Source: Octopus sinensis
Taxonomy: Eukaryota
DNA length: 64,000 bases
Direction of reading: 5' to 3'
Assembly (NCBI RefSeq): GCF_006345805.1
Contig: NC_043009.1
Location: 27,342,001-27,406,000 of the forward strand
In this document: positions 36,773-50,425 of the stretch, piece after piece
Numbering within the stretch: the stretch's first letter is position 1
Layout of the letters: each line of letters begins with the position of its first letter
Position numbers and translations under genes: made by a program
The notes under the pieces: model-generated
Told to the model about the DNA's origin: nothing
Database searches by the model: none
What the model saw: the letters and a program-made list of their open reading frames with translations, nothing else

Positions 36773-39145
36773 CATACATACAAGCATACATACATACATA
36801 CATCCATACCGCATACATGAATTAATACATACACACATACATACATACATGCATGCATGCATACACATAATACATACATACATACATACATACATACATA
36901 CATACATGCAGCATGCATACATACATACACACATACCATACATACATGCATGCAGGCATGCATCTAACATACATACATACATACATACATACATACATGC
37001 ATACATACATACATACATACATACTACATACATACATACATGTGCATGCATGCATACATACATACATACATACATACATACATACATACATGCATGCATG
37101 CATGCATACATACATACATACATACATACATAAATACATACATGCAGCATGGATGCACATACATACATACATACTACATACATACATACATACATACATG
37201 ATGCATACATACATACATAATACATGCATGCATGCATACATACATACATACATACATACATACATGAATGCATGCATACATACATACATACATACATACA
37301 TACATACATACATACATACTCATACATACATACATACATGCATACATGCATACATACATATACATACATTAACATACATAGATACATACATACATACATG
37401 CATACATACATACATACATACATACATACATACATGCATACATGATACATACATACATACATAGAATACATACATGCATCATACATACATACAGCATACA
37501 TACATACATAATACTACATACATACATGCATACATGCAAATACATACATACATGCATACATACATACATACATGAACATACATTACATACAATACATACA
37601 TACATACATACATACATACATACATACATGAATACATACATACATACATGCATACATACATACATACATACATACATACATTCATACATTCAACATGCAT
37701 ACATGCATGCATACATACATACATACATACATACATACATGCATACATACATACATGCATACATACATGCATGCATACATACATACATACATACATACAT
37801 ACATACATTGCAGACATACATACATGCATACATACATGCATACATACATGCATGCATACATACATACATACTACACACATACATACATACATCACTACAT
37901 ACACACATACATACATACATACTACATACATACAACATACATGCATACATACATACATGCATACATACATGCATGCCATACATACATACATAACATTACA
38001 TACATATACATACATACATACATACATGCATACACATGAATGCATACATACATACATACATACATTAACATACATACATAACATACATGGCATACACATA
38101 CACAAATACATACATACATAATACATGCATGCATACATACACATACATACATACATGCATACTACATACATACATACATACATGCATACACATACATACA
38201 TACATACATAACATACAGCACACCACATACATACATACATACATACATAACATACATACATACATGCATGCATACATACAACATACATACATACATGCAT
38301 ACATACATACCTACATACATACATGATACATACATACATACATACATACATACATACATACATACTGCATACATGCATGCATACATACATACATACATAC
38401 ATACATACATACATACATACATGCATACATACATACATACATACAATACACATACAACATACATACATACATACATACATACATCACATACATACATACA
38501 TCATAAGAATAATGCATACATGCATGCATACATACATACATAATACATACATACATACATACATGCATTACATACAACATACATACATAGATACATACAT
38601 GCATCCATACATACATACATACATAGCATACAGTACATACATACATACATGCATACATACATACATACATACATCATACAACATAGATACATACATGATG
38701 CATACATACATGACATACTTACATACATAAAATACATACATGACATACATACATTACATGCATGCATACATGCATACATACATACATGCATATACATACA
38801 TACATACATAGATAACATACGCATGCATACATGATGCATACATACATACATACATAATACATAATTTACATTCATACATGCATACATGCATGCATACATA
38901 CATACATACAACATACATACATGCATACATACATACAGCAGTACATACATGCATGATACATCATACATACATCCATACATACATACATACATACATGCAT
39001 ACTAACATACATGCATACATACATGCATGCATACATACATACATAAACACACATACATACAGCATACATACATACATACATACATACAACACATACATAC
39101 ATACATACCATACATACAACATACATACATACATGCATACATACA

Positions 39146-39176
<31 letters not shown>

Positions 39177-39213
39177 CATACATACATACATACATGCATG
39201 CATACATACAACA

Positions 39214-39244
<31 letters not shown>

Positions 39245-39402
39245 CATACATACATACAGTACATACATACATACATACATACATAAATACCCACATACAT
39301 ACATACATACATACATACATACATACATACAAGTGCATGATAACATACATAATACATACATACATGCATACATACATACATAATACATACATACATACAT
39401 AC
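30945..39402. repeat. ~8.5-kb degenerate (CATA)n/(TATG)n array with CATG and other variants
   Basis: Direct reading; source of all the HTYI/MYVC ORFs. Confidence 0.99.
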
Positions 39403-39523
39403 TAAAATGGCAAATTGTATTGATACTTAGGTAATACTTTGATTCAATTGCATTGCTTTTTGTTAAAATAAAGTAAAATAAACTTTAATTTCAAAATCGA
39501 ACATTCCATTCTTAATGACCTGA

Positions 39524-39587
<64 letters not shown>

Positions 39588-39930
39588 ACTCAAGATTTGT
39601 TGAAACTCCTGGAGTCCTGCATGAGTAGCGGATTTAGTACCTGCAGCCTACAATACCATGCTATCTGTTATCTTCCTGATTATTCTGGCCGTGCTAAGGA
39701 AGCAAACTTTTTACAACAGCTCTACTAGGCACTCTATTCCCATTTCTTTTATATTCCTCTAGATGCCTTCTGATACTGTACCCAAGGACCCAACAATAAT
39801 TGGCTCAATCTTCACCTTTTTCATTTTTCCCAGTCGAACTATCTCGTATTTAAGCGGATTGTATATGTCTGTATTTTCGCGCTCCTTCTTAACTACTCGA
39901 GTGTCAAAGAACACGGTGCAGACATTATAT
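39524..39930 (-). mobile_element. R4/Dong-clade LINE 3' end with (TAA)n tail
   Basis: DTRVVKKERENTDIYNPLKYEIVRLGKMKKVKIEPIIVGSLG…STARIIRKI (RLE C-terminus), followed on the minus strand by ~20 AAT units. Confidence 0.85.
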
Positions 39931-40302
39931 ATAAAGCAGTGAATCGGTAGAGTCGTTTGTGCATAGGAATAATGCCTTGTGGTACTTGTTCCAGCTTTTT
40001 CTTTGAGTTCTGAATTTAATTCTCACTGAGGTGAACTTTGTCTTTTATCTTCCCAGATGTAGCAGTCGATACAATTTAGAGTTTCTATTTCCTAAAAATT
40101 CAGAACTTGTGCTTACATTAAAAACCATTGTTTCTTGGTCTTTATCACCTTTCAGCAACGATGTCTCAGATATTGCAACTCTTATCACCGGAGGAGACCG
40201 GAATTGAAACTTTCGATCATGTTGCCAGAACACAATAAACGCAAAAGAAAACAATCCCGAAACACTGATTCTGTTTTGTTACAGATTCCTAGGATCACTG
40301 AG

Positions 40303-40369
<67 letters not shown>

Positions 40370-40709
40370 GTGTGAGATTAACACATACCGTTTGCATAAA
40401 GCTCTACAAAATAATATTAGAGTCGAACTTATAATTGTTTGATCACAGCCAAAATAATCAAGAACTATTATAACTCACTCTCTCTCTCTCCCTTCCCCTC
40501 TCTCTCCCTCCCTCTCCCCACCTCCTCTCTCTCTCTCTCTTTCTCGCTCCAAACGGCAGCGAAAACGAATTCACTTGTGCCTTAATTTGGTTCGGTAGAA
40601 TTTTAGGACGTTGCTAGCGAAAGGTGAGGATCAGCGACGGAGGAACACGTTGTATTCATGCCAATGGATTTTGAAAGGAACAACATCGATGCAACTACAC
40701 TTTACGACT

Positions 40710-41180
40710 TCAGACTGCCTTATATCGTTGATATGGGGCACGCATTACTTCAAAGTGGGGAAGCCAGTAGAAGAAAGAAAGGATCTCTGGACTGGCTTTG
40801 CCGTGAAAATATTCAAATGATGGTTCACGAATATTTGCCAAGAACCGGCTGATATTTGTGAGCAGAAAATGAGTTTCTGAATTCCTGTCTGAAAAAGATG
40901 CGTTCTCGATGTTCATGGTCTTCTCTTCCTCATTTCTGATGTTGCAAACGACGAATTCCAGGTTTGTTTCATTGACAAAAGTTTGGAAAAATTCAAGGCT
41001 TTGGTCTGCCCAATGGGAGATTGTACCTGAAACCACGTGGTTAGTAAGTACATTTTTCAACAGCATAGTCATATCAGTGCCAGGCCAAAATTCTTCTTGA
41101 AAGTAATATGCAGTGGCAATAACTAAATCATTCTTCAAATCCTGTGTAAATGATGTTTCATCTGGATTAATACAGTACAC
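40710..41180 (-). CDS. Orphan 156-codon ORF of unknown function, possibly a pseudogene or exon; may continue by a frameshift to ~40618
   Basis: Long stop-free, non-repetitive frame in AT-rich DNA. A shifted frame continues PHINDIRQSEVVKCSCIDVVPFKIHWHEYNVFLRR*. The 5' side abuts the hAT insertion. No family recognised. Confidence 0.45.
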   Translation of the reverse strand: MYCINPDETSFTQDLKNDLVIATAYYFQEEFWPGTDMTMLLKNVLTNHVVSGTISHWADQSLEFFQTFVNETNLEFVVCNIRNEEEKTMNIENASFSDRNSETHFLLTNISRFLANIREPSFEYFHGKASPEILSFFYWLPHFEVMRAPYQRYKAV

Positions 41181-41193
41181 ATCTCATATCAAA

Positions 41194-43172
41194 CAGGTAC
41201 GTAGCTAGGGGGGGGGGGGTTGTCTATGGGGTGCTTAGCACCCCCAGTTAGAATCTCAGCCCCTCCACCCCCGCTAAAGATGCAATAAATTGAATTTCTT
41301 TTGATTTAGTAGCTAGTGATATGAAAATGTGGGTAATTTAGAGCTGGTCAAAATGTTTGTTCTAGCTGTAATTGTTGTCGCAGAATTGGCAGCTGACCCG
41401 GTCATCTACTATGGGTTGAATTAAGGAGTGGGTGATGCTGGGTCAGTTGTTGTTATTGTTGTTGTGGTGGTGTTCGTGGTGGCAACGGCGGTGCTGGTGG
41501 TTGTCCTTGTTGCTTTTGAAAAGTTATGTGAAGAATTGTTGCTGTAGTTAGAGATTTATGGTAGTAAACGCATCACTACGCACGTATTTATATGAATAGA
41601 GACAGACATTAAAAAGTCATTTTATTTCTACTAGTCAGAGAGGATTATTAGTCGCGAAAAAGGAAAGAAAATTTTTGAAATTTCCCAAAATATACATTCA
41701 GAAAGTATTTTTCAGGTGAGAACTTTCTTACTCTTTGAACAAAGTTTATACTGAAATTTTGTGTTTAACTAAAAAAAGTATAACTTTGAAGAAATTGAAA
41801 AAAAAAATTGCTTGAACCGAAATCTCTTTCGAGTTTAATTTAAAAATACATAAATTTTAAGAAATTGTTACTCTTACTACGATATTCTACCTTAGAATTA
41901 ATAATTGTGAATATCGGTCCCCAAAAATAATGAATCACTACCGAAAAAGACTACGATTCTACCTTAGAATTAATATTGTGAATATCGGTCATTTCTAAAT
42001 TTCCAATCTGATTCATCTAATAATGCTAAGCAGAAGAGAATTGCAAACGAAGTTTCGCAGCTCAAGGGTGGTCTTGCAAAGTCTTTGACACCCTCATTGG
42101 ATGATCTAGGACAGGTCGACTGCCAACCAGTACAGCCAGTTCTAGCAAAGTTTGATCCAAAACTTTATGGGATTCAGAGACGTGACTTCTCGTCAAGCTG
42201 GTATACTGGTCGTTTATGGTTAGAGTATTCTCTTTCAAAGAAAGCCTTATTTTGTTTTGCTTCTCGTCACTTTAATATTACTGCTCAAACTGATACTTGT
42301 TTTATTAAAAATGGATATTCTAATTGGCATCATGCAAAAGAAAAAAAAAATAAAGGTTTAAATAAGCACGCAAACCCTGCATCCCATATCCAAGCTATGG
42401 TAACATGGAAGGAACGCCAGCAGCGTTTATCCACAACAACATCCGTGTCTTCAATCTTGCAAAATGTTCAATTGAACAAAAACCGTTATTATATCAGTTC
42501 CATGGTTGATATTGTTCATTTTCTTTGTGCAAACGAATTGCCTTTTCGAAGGAAACGAAAATGAAGCTTTTCAGGATCTTTATTCGGAAGATGATACGTA
42601 GCCTTGTGATCTTTTTATGAAATTATTCCAGAACACATTAGAGAAAGGCTCAAAGCTAATGGAATGTTACAGCACGATTCAAAGAAAATCCGACCTACAT
42701 CTCAGCAGCAATGCAAAACGAAATAATCGAATTGTTGAGAAGACACACTGTCAGCCTTGTGGTCGATGTTTATTTGAAATTATATAAAAATAATGTTTAA
42801 AGATTTGGCTGTTATCTCTAGCATGTAGAAAGACCTTTAAGGCTATGTGCTTGTTGAAAATCGTTTTTAAATATATTGGAGTCGATACATTCGACTAAAA
42901 ATTCTTCGAGGTGATACCCCAGCATGACCTCAGTCTAATGATTGCAACAAGTAAAATGAAAATAAAAACGAAATATATCAAGTTTTGACCAGGTTAGGCG
43001 TAATGAAATATGTAAAAAAAAAAAAAAAAACGAAAAAGATAACCGAAAAATATAAGCATGGTACTTTTGTCCACTTTCACACTTTAAGTAGGAGCTTTTG
43101 TCCGTGCACCTGTTCAGCATCCCCAGCTCTCAAGATAGCACCCCCAGTTGCAATCGGCTGGCTACGTGGCTG
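41194..43172 (+). mobile_element. hAT (Tip100/ZMYM1-like) deletion derivative, 1979 bp
   Basis: Perfect 8-bp TSD ATATCAAA (41186-93 and 43173-80). TIRs CAGGTACGTAGCTAG / CAGCCACGTAGCCAG (12/15). ORF 42085-42564 has WLEYS…FCF…GYSNW…H…SH TTF-type zinc finger and the start of DUF4371 (ELPFR). Confidence 0.92.
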
Positions 43173-43509
43173 ATATCAAATAGCTATTTATTTAGAAAAG
43201 TGATTTCTAAGCCATTGCCAACTATTCAGGTATCTATTTATACATCAAAGACAAGCTCCACAATGGCCACGAAGACCTATACAACAACAACAACGATAGT
43301 AACAACAATTTGTCAATGTTTTTCTCAAGCAAATTTTCAGAAGCAAACAAACAAGAAATTGAGATAAATAAAAACATAAGGCGATATACAAATAATTACA
43401 TTTTAATTTTATTTCTTTGCTTTAAAATCAGCCAAATATGTACATTTGATAGCAATAACAATTGAGAACAATTTGAAAAAGTGACTGAACTTGCAATCAA
43501 ACTTTCAAT

Positions 43510-43579
43510 CATCATATATATATACATACATGCATACATACCACATATATATGTATATATATATATATATATACATACG

Positions 43580-43637
<58 letters not shown>

Positions 43638-43921
43638 TATATATACATACATATATCATATATATATATATATACTACATATATATATGCATATACATAT
43701 ATATATGTATGTATATATATATATATATATATGTATGTATATATATATACACATATATATGTATATATACATATACACACACATATATCAATATATTTTG
43801 TTTGTGTGTTCATATGTGTGTATGTATATACATTTCCATCTATATATGCTTGTATATATATATATATATATATATATTACATATATATATATATATATCT
43901 ATATATTATATATATATTATA

Positions 43922-43967
<46 letters not shown>

Positions 43968-43975
43968 CATACTTT
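43510..43975. repeat. (AT)n-rich microsatellite block; similar blocks at ~47650-48010, 50540-50900, 52040-52400, 53970-54320, 57090-57430, 59130-59720 and 61190-61435
   Basis: Direct reading. Confidence 0.95.
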
Positions 43976-44479
43976 TCTCAGCAATTAAAACAGCAATTAA
44001 AACTTTAGGATAGTTGTAATGTTTTAAGTCAAGAACATAAGTTTTTTAAGTTTTATTTAATTTTATTTATTGGTTTAAATTTTTCTTTTAAATTTATTTT
44101 AAATTTCTTTTGTTGTTGTTTAATGTTTTTCTTTTCTTACATTTGAATGACCCATGATATATCAATTAGTAGAAATGAGAGATTGAGAGAGGAGGAAGAG
44201 AGAGAGAGAGAGATGGAGAAGGAGATGTAAAGAGAGATAGAGAAAGGGGGATAGGAGAGGGGGAAGATTGAGTTTACATTGTAAGGAATTTTAGTACAGA
44301 ACATTTGAAGCCATTTTAGCATTTTAATTTGAAAATCAAAATGAAAAAAATTAATAAAGAACAATAACTAAGAAAAGTAATTAGTAAAAAAAACAATAAA
44401 TGAAATCGATAAATGTAATAATATAACATAATTTTAAAGAATACAACAGGAGAAGATTTCATAAATAGACAAAAAAACT

Positions 44480-44610
44480 GTGAATATTGGTGACGCTACT
44501 GATCTATATTTGTGAATGTATGTATGTTACTTTGTGGAAGTTGAATTAAAAAAAAAAACAACTAAATTTTTTATCATATTTATCTACGTGGTCATGTGAC
44601 TAGGTGTAAA
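44480..44610. promoter_or_regulatory. Putative promoter: ATTGG (reverse CCAAT), TGACG and GTCATGTGAC E-box/CLEAR-like site
   Basis: Motifs at ~44487-44497 and 44591-44600. Lies between a minus-strand ATG-GGT-CAT-TCA-AAT|GTAAGA mini-exon candidate (44155-44141) and plus-strand candidates, at the start of the CpG-poor domain. Confidence 0.3.
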
Positions 44611-45402
44611 AAAATATCACCAAATCTGAATATGAATATATCTTAATATCTCACTTTCATACTTTATAAAATGTGTTTTTATTTCAATTTTATGACTGAT
44701 CTGCCAGATTTTCTTTCTTTTTCTTTCTTTCTTCTTTGTTTTTGATAATTTGTAATTTCGGGGTTCAAAATCTATGAATTGTGCTCACTCACCAATTCTT
44801 ATACTTTCAGGAGAAAAATTTTGTCACTTAAAGAGAAAATGTGTCTTTTTTCTATTTTTCACATGAAGATTTTTTTTCAGACCGTATCAAATATGATTCT
44901 AATTATTTAAAAATAATTTGGCTCTGTTCAGCTTAAAGTTCATTAATTTTAATGAAAGAAGTTTTAGTTGGACAAGTATTTTGCCTTCTGTATTAAATCA
45001 TTTTTAAAAGCATTTTATGAACTTTGTTGTAAGTAATTTCACTAATTATTGTTGAAGTTACTTTGTATTAACTCTGTATATACTGCAATTTCTATTTCTA
45101 ATGTTTTGGTTACTATCCATGAATGTTTGGGTGGGGCACAGGCTAAGCTTTATATCAGCTTTGTAACAAAAATTGCTAAAATGATTGCTGTTATAGCATT
45201 AAATTTTCCACACAACTTCTGATAAACTATTTTGTTTCCATCATCAAAGAGGCTACATGGACACTAATCACAACAAGGATAACAATTTCTTAATTAATGA
45301 AGTAACGTGATAAATAGGGGCACGACATTTATGCAGTTGCTCTTTCACTATTCCACTGGCTGCATTAGCTAAAGCAATTCCATTGAAAATAAAATTGTAC
45401 AG

Positions 45403-45520
45403 TGTGTGACAAAAAAACATCCTACATTGCACAGGTTGACAAATGCTTTTGCAGTAAATGCCAAGTGTGCTCAAATCCAAAGTATACGACTCTATGACAA
45501 AAACGATAGATTAACTACAG
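45403..45520 (+). CDS. Candidate exon of an unidentified plus-strand gene (…HRLTNAFAVNAKCAQIQSIRLYDKNDRLTT)
   Basis: Strong donor CAG|GTAAGC at 45521 and an open frame. Alternative acceptors at 45402 and 45454. Confidence 0.3.
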
Positions 45521-46640
45521 GTAAGCATCATTTATTAGTGTCTAACTTTATTAGTGCCACACCACTGGCCCTGTAAAATATGGGAGGCTTTTATGCCACT
45601 CTTGTAGACACCATTCATGGAAATTATAAAAAAAAGCTCTGGTTTGGAATATGAGAAATAATATCAATAATCATAATTTCTCACATTGACATGAGAATTT
45701 ATGAGGAGGTATAGCTAACTGAAGTGATCCTTCGGTATATATCTGGTACTTATCAACTGCTGATGGAGAAAAAGGTAAATTCTAAATATTAATGCCTCAT
45801 ATACATCCATGAAATCTCAGAAGGATAGAAAGTTGTGACATTCATGTCTTCTATAAATTTGATTAATAAAGAAATTCATTCTTTAACTAGCGTTTCTTAC
45901 TTAGGCATAATTCCAGCTGTTGAGAAGATGAAGCTATTGGCATTTACACCTTATATTCTATTTCACTCGTTCTTCTGATTCTTAAAACCCCTGATAACTT
46001 TGGAACTAGGAAAAAAGAAAACTAAATTCGCCAGAGTAATTAATATTATTATGGTACCTTATTTTTCCTAATTATTTTTCTAAAACAATTACTGTTATTT
46101 TTCTAATTATGTATGAAGTGTTCTTGAAGAATAGAGAGACCAGAAGGAGTATGGTACTTTTTCCATGCCACCACTTCACATTGAATTGTAGAAATATTTC
46201 TAAAGTTGTATTTACTTTGGCAAAACTTGGCTGCAACATGAAAAGAAGATGCTGGAATCAGTTTTAGTGTGGAACTATTTCTCCTTTTCTTTATTTCTCT
46301 CTCTCTTTTCCATAATGTCAGATAAACTTCAAATCTACTTATTCAAAAGTGTTTCAAAAATTTCTGAAATTCTGCGCACAATAAGGAAAAGAAAACAAAT
46401 TTCAAGCTTTTCCCATAATTTTTAAATCGAACAATGTGATGGATTTTGAGAAAATTAATGGACTCTATACAGTTAGCAGCAAGATTTGATGGAACTTATC
46501 TCAACACAGCTGAATTTATTAATACACAATGCACAGCCTTCCTCATCAGATAATTTCAAGTTTTTCAAGAGTTTGAATTTATAAATACCATTGTAACTTT
46601 ACCATTAAATATATTCATATATATATATTATATATATATA

Positions 46641-46694
<54 letters not shown>

Positions 46695-47682
46695 GAAGAT
46701 GAAATGTATGTATGAGTGTATGAGAGTTAAAGATCAAATGCAAGAATTTTTGATATTTTTTGATAATTTTAAAGAATCAATCTCTTCAAAGCTTGACTGT
46801 CTCCACCATATACTGCCATTGGCATCCATACACTTCAGTTATATAGAACCTCAATTTCTGGATGGCTGTCTTTTAATTCCCTACCACCACAAGCAATCAG
46901 GTTAACTGGCTCACTGTAAAGAAACATATTTTAAAGCTTGTCAGCTTCAAAAAATTCTTCCCAGTTTTCTAATATCTCTCAAATGTATGGAAGCTCATCA
47001 ATTTTCCTTTTCCTCTCACTTGTTAATTTTAAAAATTGTCTAATAGTTTCTTTATTTATGAAAACTTTGCTAGTTTAAAACTACAATAACTGAAAATCAT
47101 AACTAGTTTCTACGGTGCCTTACTTATGTTGATTTCTGAAGAGCAAAATAATACGAATACTTTTAGATAGTTTATAAAAGAAAATATATAAAAATAAAAA
47201 AATATCATTTTGGTAAATCAAATTATTGTTAAATTTGAATATTCCTTAACATATAAAACACTCATAGATTCCAAGGGTTTATATATTATACAGCTGGTTA
47301 AATATTAGGTTTAGGTTAATCTTAGATACTTTCTTTTATATTTAAATTAGTTTAAAGTCGTTTATCCTCAAGAGGTTTTCATTTTTTTTTTAAATCACTA
47401 GATTTCAGTGTTAACTTAACATTGTCTATGCACCAATCTACCATAGTTTTGAAATTTCACACGACAAAAGGCTTCAGAATCTTAGCAAAAGCATTCACAC
47501 ACAAATGCTTGAAACAAGTCTTTCATCATGTCTTTCATATTCACATAAGCACACGACATATTTTAACTAAACGATGCGTAATTGTTACAATAGATTTGGT
47601 GACATTTTCAGTGAAGTTTTGTGAAGAAAATTAATATATATGCTCAAGTTTCATGTATACATACATACATACATATAATACA

Positions 47683-47716
<34 letters not shown>

Positions 47717-47779
47717 AGACATATATATATATATAATTATATATATGTATATATATATGGATATATATATATATATAAA

Positions 47780-47836
<57 letters not shown>

Positions 47837-47955
47837 ATGTATATATATGTATGTAGTATACATGAAGTTGATACATACTATATATATACATACTATATAT
47901 GTATATGTATATATATGTATATATATATATATACATACATATATATATATATATG

Positions 47956-48011
<56 letters not shown>

Positions 48012-49491
48012 GTGTGTTCCTAAGGATAAGTTAAGCCGTCTTTATATATATTAAATAATGTCATCATAGTTTTCTTGTTGCTATTAAATTATTACTATTG
48101 TTGCCATTTATATTAAGGTCAAGGAGTTGCTCTTTGTTTGATGTATCATAATGTACGTACATGTTGGGCAGAGATTTGTGAATGGGCATGCAGTAAACCC
48201 TTGGAAAAAGGGAAAACTTCAAAATAAAATTTCTTCTGAATTAAGGGTATTCTTTTATACAATGATCCTCTGATATAAAACTTGCTGTTCAAAATAGTTA
48301 TTTATAATTTTGTTGCTGTTTGTCACTGGATGCTTAGTGAATAACTTAAGTCTTATTCAAGCGTACATCACCTTTATCCAATGACATACATATATTTCAT
48401 ATGAGATGGTTATCACAAGTTTATACATGTATTTATTCATCCATGTATGTTTGTATGTATATACATGTGTATGTGCATGCATTTCTTCATATTTACCAGG
48501 TTTGACATGTTTGCTTCTGTTGCACATGGAACCATTCTTACCATCCTTACAATGCTTTCATTTTTATTGTTTTATTTATTCATTCAAAACTCCTGCTTTT
48601 TTAAATTTCTTTCTATCTTTCTTGTTTCCTCATTTGCACATTACCTACAAACCTGGGAGTTCATAACTCAGTGAGAAATACCTAGGTGTAAGTCATGAAT
48701 GAATGTCACAACATATTACTTCTCTGTTACCAATACCTATAAAACAGGACCTATAAGAGATGAATAGAGGCAGTACATTGATCTGAAGACTGTACAGCCA
48801 AAGAGGGTCCTGTATGAATATCCAATGGGCCCCCAGCTTCGCAACAGACAACAAAACACAGAACTGAAAGCCTCTTAAATTTTGAGAGAAAATCCCTTGT
48901 TATCCAAATGCAGACTTTTTTTAAAATTTCTCTCATGGTCCTTGCTGCTAGCTTAATCAAAAAAGAACTCGTTATTTATACCTCTCTTACAATTGTTTTA
49001 TGTTCTTGACTGCTAAATGGTATGACAGCCAGGTTAAAACTTATCTGTGAGACTTTTAAATTTGTCCATATATGCACAAATGGTGGGTTGGGACCACAGC
49101 ATATACACACTGTATTTGGTTGCTGTTGGTTTCTTGAGCTGTTAAACAAATGACCAATCCTAATGGTTATTTAATTAGATCCTCAATGATCAGTTTGATA
49201 TCAGAGTGAATTCAAGGTAGAGTTATCGAAATAAAAATACTTCATGTTTATTTAATTCTACACATTAATCTTCAGGTGACGACTGTGCAATTTAATCTTT
49301 TTACATATAAAACAATCAACAAGCAAAAAATGCATATAAACATATTCACACACACACACACACACACACTTGAACACATGCATGCACATGCACACATATT
49401 AATGTTTATCTTTATGTCTAGTTATATATGAAAACATCCAAACTTTACGCTGAATGATCACTCCATCCTTGTATGCATGTATGTATGAATA

Positions 49492-49533
<42 letters not shown>

Positions 49534-49644
49534 CATATTAATCAACGGCAGCATTTGTCCTATATTTATGGACTGCCATATTAGCTTGGCGAGAACACTT
49601 AATATCCAGTACCGCTGCCATAGTCTCCTTTAGAGAGACTTAGA

Positions 49645-49678
<34 letters not shown>

Positions 49679-50392
49679 TATATATGAAACATATATATAT
49701 GTGTGTGTGTGAAGCATACACATTATGTTGACATATACACAATATATGTATAATGCATATACATGTATACACCTGAGTGATCATTGAAACCACAGTCAAA
49801 AGGTATCATTCCAGTCAAAGCTGTAGTATGTGTAAACATCAGTGTGAACATTTTTTCATCTGTACATGAACCCCATTTAACACATATAACACAATATGTA
49901 ATATATTCACATGTATATATCCATAGCATCTCTATTAAAACACAGAAGCATTAGATAAATTACAATTTACTCTATGATAGATATTATATTTTCATTGCCT
50001 AATTATCTACTTATTAAAAGCCACAGACTTTCTAATTACTAGCATTACAATGAAATTTTAATTAATGTATTTTATCTTCATCGTCCCCCATCATTTGTAA
50101 CTTATGATCTTCATATATACTTGCAGACTAATAACTTTTAATTCGGTTTCCATAACTCACTCTGCCACAGATTCTCTTCCATTCTATTTTATTACTTTTT
50201 CTTTATTTCAGCTTCTCCCTATATTTGGAAGTAATTATATGATATAATTTATTATATGCTAATAATTATTTCCCATTGGTTAGATAAGAATTAATTAAAA
50301 TTGATGAGTGAAAGCCGCAATTAAATATTAAAGTGATGTAAACAACTACTTTCTTCATTCAGAAATGTTGAAACAAAAAATAAACAACAATA

Positions 50393-50425
<33 letters not shown>

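Noticed and set aside
30891-39405. Dozens of long ORFs (up to 371 aa) of HTYI/MYVC repeats
   Set aside because: These are translations of (CATA)n/(TATG)n, which has no stop codons in any frame. The same applies to the IY/YI, CV and ER ORFs elsewhere.
48500-48674. Hydrophobic ORF (RFDMFASVAHG…WEFITQ) as a membrane-protein exon; likewise islands at 49775-49866, 51965-52037 and 53149-53230
   Set aside because: They are plausible on either strand, T-rich DNA mimics TM segments, and no consistent phase chain or homology could be established.
49238-49282. Third hammerhead-like motif (minus-strand CTGAAGA…CATGAAG)
   Set aside because: The GAAA core and stems are too decayed to support.
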